Shown piece by piece: positions 50,679-63,378 of a DNA stretch of 64,000 nt (its first letter is position 1; the number at the start of each line of letters is the position of its first letter). Made by a program: the position numbers and the translations under genes. The notes beneath the pieces were generated by a model. It was not told where the DNA came from and searched no databases. It saw only the letters and a program-made list of their open reading frames with translations. Location: contig NC_135258.1 of the NCBI RefSeq assembly GCF_964204865.1, forward strand, positions 7,936,001 through 8,000,000, given 5' to 3'. This DNA comes from Styela clava (Eukaryota).

Positions 50679-53600
50679 ATGAGGACGGGCAAAACTAATT
50701 CATTTTTCTTGGTGGCATTAATTTTTCTCCAATACTTTGCTTGTGAGTCTCAAGCAAGTATTAGTCTCGGAACCTGTCAGCTTTCATGTGATGAGAACGA
50801 AAACCATCTCCCTTCTCGCGTAAGAGGTTCACCTGGACCACCGGGAAAGCGCGGTCCAGTAGGAAATCGCGGATTAGTTGGACCGAAAGGGTCACCAAGT
50901 AGTTGCTGTGAAGATCTAGTTGAACGAAACGAACAGCTTGAACGTCAAGTTCAGGAGTTAAATGGTAAGTAAACAAAATGTTACAATGCAAGCATTGGAA
51001 AGCCTCGTGTCTGCATTTACTTGATATGGTTTCTTACTGACTATTAGAGTTTGGTATAGCGCATTGGTATTTGGTATAGCGCTTCTACGGTGACTGTACT
51101 CAGTCTGCGGTGTGCTGCTATGCTGTTGCCCATGGTTACCTCACTGGTACTTGCCGGTGAATCTTTTTAATCACATATATTTGTTCGACTTCTTTCTATT
51201 TCAACCTTTATCAGAGTTAGACTTTTATCGTGTGTGTGGCTGCTTGATAATCAACGTTTTTTTTCGAGTCACCTCCCACAGTGAAATATATTTTTTATGT
51301 TTTTCTCTTTTTGTTTGCATCAAGTGTATTGTCATTTTGGTGAAAAATAAACTACTGACTGATTACCTATGTCGTGAATATCACGTGAAGATAATTTTCC
51401 GACCCTCCTTAGTTTTTTAAATTATTGAAACAGGAATGGAACTATATTGACATTACTTTTTCCAGAACGGACGTTTTCACGGGACTGTGCAGTCGTAAAA
51501 AGTCACGTGATATCAAGTGGAACTTACGTGATTCATCCGTTCAATGAGAGTAAACAAGGAGTCCAAGTGTATTGTGATCAAGAAACCGATGGAGGCGGTT
51601 GGATTGTGAGTGGTATCTTCGGAAACCTTTTTGTCTATGTTTTACAATTTGTAGATCAGCAGCATGAGGCCCAAACAGAATTAATCATCAGAAACAATTC
51701 TCATCTATATTAAATATCTCAATTTCATGTAACTTGGTTTAGAAAATAAAACTATAGAATATCAGAGGCAATTGTGGCATTTATTCTATATGTAATTTTA
51801 TTTACTTTGTATCTCAATACACTTATTTAATATGATTGCGTGCAGAGGAGTTACAAACATTTTAAGTCATTATCTCATTGCACGTAATAGAATTCATCTC
51901 TTTTTAATGAGAAAGGCAGAACAACAATACATGGGCCTTTAGTCTACAACAGTGTGGTCCAAACTCAGGCCCGCGGACCACATGTGACCCGCCACTTCAT
52001 TATCTCGGGCTCGCGTCACATTCGGAGAGTAATCAAATCGCATTTCGTGTTGTTTCGTAATAAAATTAATCAGAAAAATCTTTTGACATATTGTCATCAC
52101 TAATGTTACTGAATTAAATAGTGTTATGGCTAGCTGAGGCAACTAGCGAAGCTGAATGATGTGCTTGGCAGTCTAAATTGTTATCTGGCTTTCTAAATTT
52201 TTGGTCGAGAATATATGCTAACAATATAGGCATCATCGAAAACTAGGAATCGAATGTGCATTCTATTAGCCCATAGAATTGCCATGCCTGATAACTATGT
52301 GTTTGCACAATAAAACTGTTTGTTCTGTATTGCACTGTTCATCTATTTTTGGCACTATCGTGGCCCGCGAACAATGCAAAAATAATGTTGTGGCCCGCGG
52401 AGCTGACAACTTTGGACCACCCTGGTCTAGAACAAAACTGAACCTGCCGTTCATGATGTTAAATTGCCGTTGTTCATGAACAGATCCAGAATTCTGAAGA
52501 TTTTGAAACATAATTCGTCTGCGATCATTTTAAAACTATAGTCATAAAGCGTACCATGGCCTCTCGTCCCGTTACCAGTTATTTTGTTTCAAGTGCATTA
52601 ACTTTAGGTAGGCAGAACCGACCAGCCATTACGTGTACCACTCTACGGCGATAAGGAGTTCAGTAATTCTCTGGCACATAATTATCCGCCGCGGAATTCC
52701 AACCTGCGAACCCATGAAGGGTAATGAGAGGAGCGATGGAAAACGTCGACGATTGCAAATCAACGATCATTTTTTTTTGTCCCGTTCATTTTTAGGTAAT
52801 ACAAAGAAGACTTGACGGAACTGAAGATTTTTATCGTGACTGGAATGACTATGTCACAGGTTTCGGTTACAAAGAACGAGAATTCTGGCTAGGTATACAA
52901 ACAATATACGAAAAATTTGAATTTATAGATATAAGACGTAATTAGTGATTTGTTCAAAACATAAGGGCATTTTCAACTTTTTTCTGCGCATGGTAGCGTC
53001 CATGATAACATAATCTTTTTTGTGTTGTCTCGAAGGTTATGGTGATAAGGATTAGATAATCCTACCAGCATATTATGTAATAGGTTAGCATTAACATATA
53101 CCAGATGCTAAACAATTTCCGTTCTCTAAATATCCGCACGTCACAGCGACCGAATTTTTAAATTCAAAATTAGATTGACTTGAAAAAGAATGGTATTTAC
53201 TACACACTTGTTACAAATTGATATCTTTATTATTCACAGGACTGGAGACGATGCATAGCATATCCACCAATGGTGCTCATGAGATTCGATTCGATTTCAC
53301 CACAATGGACAACGAAAAATTATTCGCAAAATACCGGTAATGGAAGTTTTTTTTTTAACGCGCAGTCAATTATTTTTAATGCTCCATTTATTATTGGATG
53401 GAATATAAAAAGTATAAAAAGGCTCGATTATTTAGTAAACCATATTTTAAATTTGCTAATAACATTGCATATAAATATATATTTCAATTTCAGGCTGCAA
53501 TGTAAATGTCACAGAATGTCACAAAAGGAATTCGTTGTAGCATTTGATATTTTAGTGATTTCTTCACAGTTTAGTTCATTGATCGTCATCGTTTTTTGCT

Positions 53601-54207
53601 TTAAGTAAACTCATCTTGAGCAATATTGAGGAAATAAAAATACTCTTTATATATTAAATTAACAAAAATGTTTTAATTTTCAGACAATTTCAAATTGCTG
53701 GAGCGGAAGACAGTTATCGAATAACTATTACCGGATATTCAGGAAATGCTGGTATGCATAAAATATTGATTATAATGAACAATAGACAATAAGACTGTTT
53801 TTCAATTTATATAGTATGTGTATGTTTAGAAACTTGAATTTGAATGTATATATACTTGCTTCTTCGATCTCTTATGATGATACAATTCAATAAAGCAACA
53901 TGTATCGCACTGCACTTATTCTTGGGTGACTGAATTTATCATGCTGTTTTCATTAACAGGCGATTCAATGGCGTTCCATAACAATAACCAATTTTCAACG
54001 ATGGATCAGAAAAACGACCTCGACCAAGGAAAAAATTGCGCTGAAGCTTACAAAGGGGGGTGGTGGTACAACAGGTGTCATCACGCTAACTTGAATGGTT
54101 TATACGCAGACACATCGACCAAGGGTTTATCCTGGTTGAAGTGGAAAGATTCATACACTCCATTTGCCAAATTTGTAGAAATGAAGATCAGGAAACGCAG
54201 AGACTAA
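50679..54207 (+). CDS. Ficolin-like protein, copy 5 (divergent subtype with PGKRGP collagen motif), 311 aa, 6 exons
   Basis: Exons 50679-50964, 51466-51605, 52796-52892, 53240-53336, 53684-53751, 53960-54207 (936 nt). Collagen: GSPGPPGKRGPVGNRGLVGPKGSP. C-terminus: KIRKRRD. Confidence 0.93.
51950..52424. mobile_element. hAT MITE in intron 2 of copy 5
   Basis: CAGTGTGGTCCAAA ... TTTGGACCACCCTG with TSD GTCTACAA/GTCTAGAA and GGCCCGCG subterminal motifs. Duplicate at 56369-56843. Confidence 0.8.
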
Positions 54208-54562
54208 GCAGCGTGGCAAATTTGGAATAGTATAGATTACTATAGTTCATACCATCAATTGACACCAACAGGGTGTCAATAAAGTTGCGCACCAAGGAAA
54301 GATCAAAATTCTAAATCTACAAAAAGCCTGGAACTTGGTAAACAGTCTTCTCCGATTCATCATGATACCATATTAAAATTCGGCATACATCAACGTCATT
54401 ATGAATTATGAGTTTTACCTTGATTCGCGACTTTATAGCCGCCCTGTGCTGTACAATCATATAATTTCTTGCTTTATTCAGTTGTCAATTTGTGCTTAGA
54501 CGTTTTTATGGGTGTCAAGAGTATTATGTTCGCAGACTAATAGTACTAACGAAAGAAATTTG

Positions 54563-54672
54563 GGACCTCCCGAAGTATGCGCACCAAGATGGCGCACAAC
54601 CTGAACTCAGGTTGTGTACCAGGTTAGGATTCAGGTTATGCGACATCTTGGTGGACATACTTCAGGAGTACC
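54563..54672. mobile_element. 110-bp foldback MITE with 8-bp TSD
   Basis: TSD GAAATTTG (54555-54562, 54673-54680) and ~43-bp imperfect inverted arms. Empty site aagaaatttgtatac at ~22971; duplicate at 58982-59091. Confidence 0.82.
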
Positions 54673-55884
54673 GAAATTTGTATACATTTTCATTGTCAAT
54701 ATATTATGATTGCTTTGTTTTGAGTTTTTTCACCTAAAATATATTAACTTTCATCACATCACATCACATCGACTTTTTAATATGGACCAATAGATGAGAT
54801 TCATCAAAGTTCCACGCCTGTTCTGTTGATTAAGACTGAAGCATACTCTCTCATGGTAACGAACGAAGTAAATGAAAGTAAACCGTTTTCATTTGCCGTT
54901 GAATGGAGCGCAATCTTTTTATGACTGAAGATATCAATGGAAAGGGTTGGAACTCGGGTATTCCCAAATTTAAATTACGTATATATATATATATATATAT
55001 ATAGGGTGCTACTTCAATATGCGATCTCTGTTGTTGTGTGACCTCAGTGAATTTAGTTAGGGTTAGGAATCCCTGTTCGAGAATGTCCTCATGAGATTAA
55101 TTGCACACCAAAGTCGCGCCACAACTGTTGGCACTTTGTTTAAGCATGTGAGATCGGATGCAAAAATAGCATCCTCAATAGTATATTTATCGCTACCATT
55201 AAGTCAAAGTGAATCGCTTTTTGGTGAAGACAGTCATATGTTATTTTTAGCTTGCATACAGTTGGGTTAATAGTTTGGAGGTTAAAAACTTGGGGAATTT
55301 AAATGAACGCAGCTACGAAAAGGTAAACAAAATTATTGGAATATTTTAGATTAGTTAACTGCTGTATTAATCTGAATAGGTTGTAGTCTACATACCGAAG
55401 TAATTTCTAAATATGGTTGATTGAGAAACCATGTGCCTGACTTTTGCCCTTTTCTCATTGCCTCTGTGTTGTTACTGTTAGTGCATGCTTGTTCACTGAG
55501 TGCAAGAATACTAAGGCAAGAATCAAAACGGCCACATTGGGCGGTTTAATGTTCTTGCCTCACATTCAAGCAAATTTTATTGTATATACCATAACCTTAT
55601 TTATTACATTTTTTCATGACCAAATTGAGACATTATCATGCCCTCGGTTTTTTTAAGTATACTAGATAATCAACGTTTTTTTTCGAGTCACCTCCCACAG
55701 TGAAATATATTTTTTATGTTTTTCTCTTTTTGTTTGCATCAAGTGTATTGTCATTTTGGTGAAAAATAAACTACTGACTGATTACCTATGTCGTGAATAT
55801 CACGTGAAGATAATTTTCCGACCCTCCTTAGTTTTTTAAATTATTGAAACAGGAATGGAACTATATTGACATTACTTTTTCCAG

Positions 55885-58626
55885 AACGGACGTTTTCACG
55901 GGACTGTGCAGTCGTAAAAAGTCACGTGATATCAAGTGGAACTTACGTGATTCATCCGTTCAATGAGAGTAAACAAGGAGTCCAAGTGTATTGTGATCAA
56001 GAAACCGATGGAGGCGGTTGGATTGTGAGTGGTATCTTCGGAAACCTTTTTGTCTATGTTTTACAATTTGTAGATCAGCAGCATGAGGCCCAAACAGAAT
56101 TAATCATCAGAAACAATTCTCATCTATATTAAATATCTCAATTTCATGTAACTTGGTTTAGAAAATAAAACTATAGAATATCAGAGGCAATTGTGGCATT
56201 TATTCTATATGTAATTTTATTTACTTTGTATCTCAATACACTTATTTAATATGATTGCGTGCAGATGAGTTACAAACATTTTAAGTCATTATCTCATTGC
56301 ACGTAATAGAATTCATCTCTTTTTAATGAGAAAGGCAGAACAACAATACATGGGCCTTTAGTCTACAACAGTGTGGTCCAAACTCAGGCCCGCGGACCAC
56401 ATGTGACCCGCCACTTCATTATCTCGGGCTCGCGTCACATTCGGAGAGTAATCAAATCGCATTTCGTGTTGTTTCGTAATAAAATTAATCAGAAAAATCT
56501 TTTGACATATTGTCATCACTAATGTTACTGAATTAAATAGTGTTATGGCTAGCTGAGGCAACTAGCGAAGCTGAATGATGTGCTTGGCAGTCTAAATTGT
56601 TATCTGGCTTTCTAAATTTTTGGTCGAGAATATATGCTAACAATATAGGCATCATCGAAAACTAGGAATCGAATGTGCATTCTATTAGCCCATAGAATTG
56701 CCATGCCTGATAACTATGTGTTTGCACAATAAAACTGTTTGTTCTGTATTGCACTGTTCATCTATTTTTGGCACTATCGTGGCCCGCGAACAATGCAAAA
56801 ATAATGTTGTGGCCCGCGGAGCTGACAACTTTGGACCACCCTGGTCTAGAACAAAACTGAACCTGCCGTTCATGATGTTAAATTGCCGTTGTTCATGAAC
56901 AGATCCAGAATTCTGAAGATTTTGAAACATAATTCGTCTGCGATCATTTTAAAACTATAGTCATAAAGCGTACCATGGCCTCTCGTCCCGTTACCAGTTA
57001 TTTTGTTTCAAGTGCATTAACTTTAGGTAGGCAGAACCGACCAGCCATTACGTGTACCACTCTACGGCGATAAGGAGTTCAGTAATTCTCTGGCACATAA
57101 TTATCCGCCGCGGAATTCCAACCTGCGAACCCATGAAGGGTAATGAGAGGAGCGATGGAAAACGTCGACGATTGCAAATCAACGATCATTTTTTTTTGTC
57201 CCGTTCATTTTTAGGTAATACAAAGAAGACTTGACGGAACTGAAGATTTTTATCGTGACTGGAATGACTATGTCACAGGTTTCGGTTACAAAGAACGAGA
57301 ATTCTGGCTAGGTATACAAACAATATACGAAAAATTTGAATTTATAGATATAAGACGTAATTAGTGATTTGTTCAAAACATAAGGGCATTTTCAACTTTT
57401 TTCTGCGCATGGTAGCGTCCATGATAACATAATCTTTTTTGTGTTGTCTCGAAGGTTATGGTGATAAGGATTAGATAATCCTACCAGCATATTATGTAAT
57501 AGGTTAGCATTAACATATACCAGATGCTAAACAATTTCCGTTCTCTAAATATCCGCACGTCACAGCGACCGAATTTTTAAATTCAAAATTAGATTGACTT
57601 GAAAAAGAATGGTATTTACTACACACTTGTTACAAATTGATATCTTTATTATTCACAGGACTGGAGACGATGCATAGCATATCCACCAATGGTGCTCATG
57701 AGATTCGATTCGATTTCACCACAATGGACAACGAAAAATTATTCGCAAAATACCGGTAATGGAAGTTTTTTTTTTAACGCGCAGTCAATTATTTTTAATG
57801 CTCCATTTATTATTGGATGGAATATAAAAAGTATAAAAAGGCTCGATTATTTAGTAAACCATATTTTAAATTTGCTAATAACATTGCATATAAATATATA
57901 TTTCAATTTCAGGCTGCAATGTAAATGTCACAGAATGTCACAAAAGGAATTCGTTGTAGCATTTGATATTTTAGTGATTTCTTCACAGTTTAGTTCATTG
58001 ATCGTCATCGTTTTTTGCTTTAAGTAAACTCATCTTGAGCAATATTGAGGAAATAAAAATACTCTTTATATATTAAATTAACAAAAATGTTTTAATTTTC
58101 AGACAATTTCAAATTGCTGGAGCGGAAGACAGTTATCGAATAACTATTACCGGATATTCAGGAAATGCTGGTATGCATAAAATATTGATTATAATGAACA
58201 ATAGACAATAAGACTGTTTTTCAATTTATATAGTATGTGTATGTTTAGAAACTTGAATTTGAATGTATATATACTTGCTTCTTCGATCTCTTATGATGAT
58301 ACAATTCAATAAAGCAACATGTATCGCACTGCACTTATTCTTGGGTGACTGAATTTATCATGCTGTTTTCATTAACAGGCGATTCAATGGCGTTCCATAA
58401 CAATAACCAATTTTCAACGATGGATCAGAAAAACGACCTCGACCAAGGAAAAAATTGCGCTGAAGCTTACAAAGGGGGGTGGTGGTACAACAGGTGTCAT
58501 CACGCTAACTTGAATGGTTTATACGCAGACACATCGACCAAGGGTTTATCCTGGTTGAAGTGGAAAGATTCATACACTCCATTTGCCAAATTTGTAGAAA
58601 TGAAGATCAGGAAACGCAGAGACTAA
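55885..58626 (+). pseudogene. Headless duplicate of copy 5 (exons 2-6 only; no promoter or exon 1)
   Basis: Exons 55885-56024, 57215-57311, 57659-57755, 58103-58170 and 58379-58626 are copy-5 exons shifted by +4419. The duplication starts inside intron 1. Confidence 0.85.
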
Positions 58627-61600
58627 GCAGCGTGGCAAATTTGGAATAGTATAGATTACTATAGTTCATACCATCAATTGACACCAACAGGGTGTCAATA
58701 AAGTTGCGCACCAAGGAAAGATCAAAATTCTAAATCTACAAAAAGCCTGGAACTTGGTAAACAGTCTTCTCCGATTCATCATGATACCATATTAAAATTC
58801 GGCATACATCAACGTCATTATGAATTATGAGTTTTACCTTGATTCGCGACTTTATAGCCGCCCTGTGCTGTACAATCATATAATTTCTTGCTTTATTCAG
58901 TTGTCAATTTGTGCTTAGACGTTTTTATGGGTGTCAAGAGTATTATGTTCGCAGACTAATAGTACTAACGAAAGAAATTTGGGACCTCCCGAAGTATGCG
59001 CACCAAGATGGCGCACAACCTGAACTCAGGTTGTGTACCAGGTTAGGATTCAGGTTATGCGACATCTTGGTGGACATACTTCAGGAGTACCGAAATTTGT
59101 ATACATTTTCATTGTCAATATATTATGATTGCTTTGTTTTGAGTTTTTTCACCTAAAATATATTAACTTTCATCACATCACATCACATCGACTTTTTAAT
59201 ATGGACCAATAGATGAGATTCATCAAAGTTCCACGCCTGTTCTGTTGATTAAGACTGAAGCATACTCTCTCATGGTAACGAACGAAGTAAATGAAAGTAA
59301 ACCGTTTTCATTTGCCGTTGAATGGAGCGCAATCTTTTTATGACTGAAGATATCAATGGAAAGGGTTGGAACTCGGGTATTCCCAAATTTAAATTACGTA
59401 TATATATATATATATATATATAGGGTGCTACTTCAATATGCGATCTCTGTTGTTGTGTGACCTCAGTGAATTTAGTTAGGGTTAGGAATCCCTGTTCGAG
59501 AATGTCCTCATGAGATTAATTGCACACCAAAGTCGCGCCACAACTGTTGGCACTTTGTTTAAGCATGTGAGATCGGATGCAAAAATAGCATCCTCAATAG
59601 TATATTTATCGCTACCATTAAGTCAAAGTGAATCGCTTTTTGGTGAAGACAGTCATATGTTATTTTTAGCTTGCATACAGTTGGGTTAATAGTTTGGAGG
59701 TTAAAAACTTGGGGAATTTAAATGAACGCAGCTACGAAAAGGTAAACAAAATTATTGGAATATTTTAGATTAGTTAACTGCTGTATTAATCTGAATAGGT
59801 TGTAGTCTACATACCGAAGTAATTTCTAAATATGGTTGATTGAGAAACCATGTGCCTGACTTTTGCCCTTTTCTCATTGCCTCTGTGTTGTTACTGTTAG
59901 TGCATGCTTGTTCACTGAGTGCAAGAATACTAAGGCAAGAATCAAAACGGCCACATTGGGCGGTTTAATGTTCTTGCCTCACATTCAAGCAAATTTTATT
60001 GTATATACCATAACCTTATTTATTACATTTTTTCATGACCAAATTGAGACATTATCATGCCCTCGGTTTTTTTAAGTATACTCGTAGAGAAAACCCACTC
60101 TCTTGGATTTATTTGGAAAAATGACGCTAATCGTGTTGAGACTACAGTTGGAGGATGGTTCGGAGATACCCCGTCAAACCGCTCTCAAGGATTTGATTTT
60201 AACGTCATAGTTCCAAACACGGTCCATAGACATTAACCTTAGATAATTATTTTGGTCAAGTAAGCAGGGCTAGCTCCCTGAAAACCGTCAAGTACTTCTT
60301 GTTGGCGTGGCAGTACTGCTTTAGCATATGTTATTTCTAACCCCAACGTCATCCTAAAATGATGTCACTACAAAGTCAAAGTGACGAAATAAGGTCCGTC
60401 AAAGTATACTGACTGTCGTCTAAAACGCACAGACAATCACCCGGAATCAAGCAAGCTATTTCCCTCGTTTCTTGTCGTAATGATCCCGATATGAGAGAGA
60501 TCGCTGTCGTTAGCGAGTTCGCTATCGGCGGCGGAGATGCCATATTGGGCGATCATAGCTTTTCTTTGGAAAGCTCTCTTGCGTGATTGTGACGTCCTAG
60601 TGACTTAATTTTTGTTAGATGATGTAGTCAGGTGTGGGCTAGGAATAACATATGCAAAAATATTTGTGCCACGCCAACTAGAAGTACTTACGGCGTTTAG
60701 TGAACATGAGCCAAGTACGCTAATATGACTTTAATGAGGTTAATTGACAAGTTCCGTAAGACTTTTTGCCTCAATATCAAATATCGCAGGTAGAAAATCG
60801 TGCTATAACGTCTGAATATTTTATATTTTATGAACTTATGTTATTTTCAACTTTCCAGTTTTTAAGTTGATGTTGTTGAAAATAATAGTTGGCAAAGATT
60901 TTCGTTCTCATAATTATTAAATCTTTATTTTTCTCGCGATATTTTAAACCTCACAAACCTCCACTAATCTAATCGCTGCATAATAATGAGGCACCTACAA
61001 TAATGTGTACGGCACATAACAATTTTCGTTGTGCTATATTACATATCATCTTATACTATTAAAAATGAATACTGTGAACACCCATTAAACCAGCCTCTGA
61101 TAATAATAATATTCATAGAATAAAGCAGCACGGTTACCGTGGTGAGATTTTGTAGACGAAATATAATCCTGTAGAGTGTAAACTATATGACAACGCTTCC
61201 GCAAAAATATCTATACCTGATATCTGATATACTGAGAATTCATTTATTCTTTTGAACTGTATTTTAATGTAAATAAATCATTATCTCTTGCGTCCGCTTT
61301 AGCGTGACATCATAATGTACAGATTATTTCTGCATCTGACGGTAGTTAAAATATATATAAAATATATATATAGTAACTGAACACAATTAGTTCAACGAAA
61401 GAGATGCCTTAACGGATTAGTTTAACGGAAGCGAATCGTATATTGCTATATACTTCACAATGTCAGGTAAAAGGAAATATGACTTCAAACTCTTTCATAT
61501 TTCACCATATTCTAGGTAAAAGCAAAACTATTCGAGCGAAGATGCTCAAACAAAGGCTGGTTGTATTGAATGCCATTGCGCCTGCATTCCATAGATAATG

Positions 61601-62959
61601 ACATTATTAAAATCTTGTACAAGATTCTCTTACAACAACTAGATCGTATATAACCAGCATTAAGATGATCTAGAGCAGTTCTTCCCAAACGAGTGTATAT
61701 ACAACCCAGGAAAGGTTATATCACATCGATAGAATGCACGGGGGTGTAACACATAAAATAGATTCGGTACACTAACTTATTTTATTGCAATGTGTCACAA
61801 ATAAAGCATAACGTGTATGAGCATTAAAATTCGCACCTTGCTACATTTATATTGCTTCGTCCCAGCGTTATACAGATGTGGGTTGTATGATTGTCATAAT
61901 AGAACTTGGTTAGTTAAACCCATCTTACGCTAAAAATGAACTGTCATAAGCAAACATTTTCACACAAAATGTGATCACGGCAGATTGTACGTCGCTATTG
62001 AGTTCACAACATCGATCATGATGAAAAACTTTAAATTAGCATCATTGGCAATGGACGTTGTACTGGTATTTTTAATAAATTTGTACTTCCCAGATGCGTA
62101 TTATAGCTAAAAGTTACTTCATATAAATTACTTCCATAGTAGATACAGTGAATACAACAATACTCAACATGCATGAGATTTCTTCGATTGGCAGTACGAT
62201 CAAATAGAGATCAATAAGTATTGTCACACATGACCTGATGCTTGAAGCTATTGACAAGGCTGAAATAGGAGCATAAATACCCTGTTCCATATTTGGAAAA
62301 ATGGGAGATGCAAATGCTACGCATACCTGCAGCGGCAACACGATTTGATTTAATATACTCGATTCTAAATCAATTCTAAAATCGGTCTGTAGAAAAGGGT
62401 TATAGACAGGGGGTTGTCAAATTGTTCTGCTGCCCAGGTCGAATTTCTGATATTGATTCCCTTAAATCTAACTTTTATTTGTACAGGATAAACATATAAT
62501 AGATGTTGTTATGCATGAGAATGAATAAATTAAACGTCAATTAAGAATGAAATGTTTGTATTATTCAAAACAGAAACATCAGCACCAGCAAGTTTTAAAT
62601 AAATCGGGCAATATATAGGTCTTAATGAGATTGCAAGTATAACCGCAATACTGTATACCTTAAAAAGACCATATTTGATATATATCGCTATGCTGCACTT
62701 TTTAACACGGTACAAGATCATATGCTGAATACATGTGATGCATACGGTGAATAGCCTGCTTACTTTATATGACCTAAAGATAGGTTTTCGCGTGTATGTG
62801 TATATTTGCGACCTATCAATTTCCTTCTTCTACCATTACAGCCGTGACATAACTGCCTACTAAAACTCATTTAACCGCAGAGGCATCAACAGAGGGCGTT
62901 GTATGTAAAAGCAATTATTCTGGGCCGTTCGGTATTTTATTCCAGTGAATTTCATCAGA

Positions 62960-63378
62960 ATGAAATCCGTTCAAGAAAACAAACAAGGGGTTGAAGTGTA
63001 TTGTGATCAAAAAAACGATGGTGGTGGATGGATTGTGGGTAGAGTTTTGATAACCCTCATGTACCCTTGTATCACCATACGACGGTGAGGAGTTGAGCAA
63101 TTCTTATACATATAATCATCCTTCTACGGGATTCAAACATGCGAACCTACGCAGCGTAATCAGAGATGCAATGGAAAGCGTCGTTCTAACACTAAGCCTT
63201 AGACCAATGCGCCCCCAACCGCGCAAAAATAATGTTCATATAATATATATTGCATATGCTCGTTTTATGACATAGTAGGAAAGAATACATACATCTGAGT
63301 AGTATAGTTGTCCCTGAAATTTGACGATCGCAACTCATTTTTAATTTACCTGTCACATTCATTTTTAGGTAATACAAA
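62960..63378 (+). pseudogene. Deleted ficolin-like relic: 5'UTR fused to the 3' half of exon 2, plus the first codons of exon 3
   Basis: The promoter/5'UTR homologue runs straight into ATG 62960, encoding MKSVQENKQGVEVYCDQKNDGGGWI, with a donor at 63035. An intron-2 homologue follows, then ttttag|GTAATACAAA (63369-63378), after which homology stops. Confidence 0.82.

Larger units (their letters stand above)
51246..60082 (+). repeat. Tandem duplication with 4419-bp period (51246-55663 / 55665-60082)
   Basis: All ORFs recur at +4419. Junction ...aagtatact-a-gataatcaacg. Only one substitution was noticed by eye (51847 g vs 56266 t). Confidence 0.95.
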
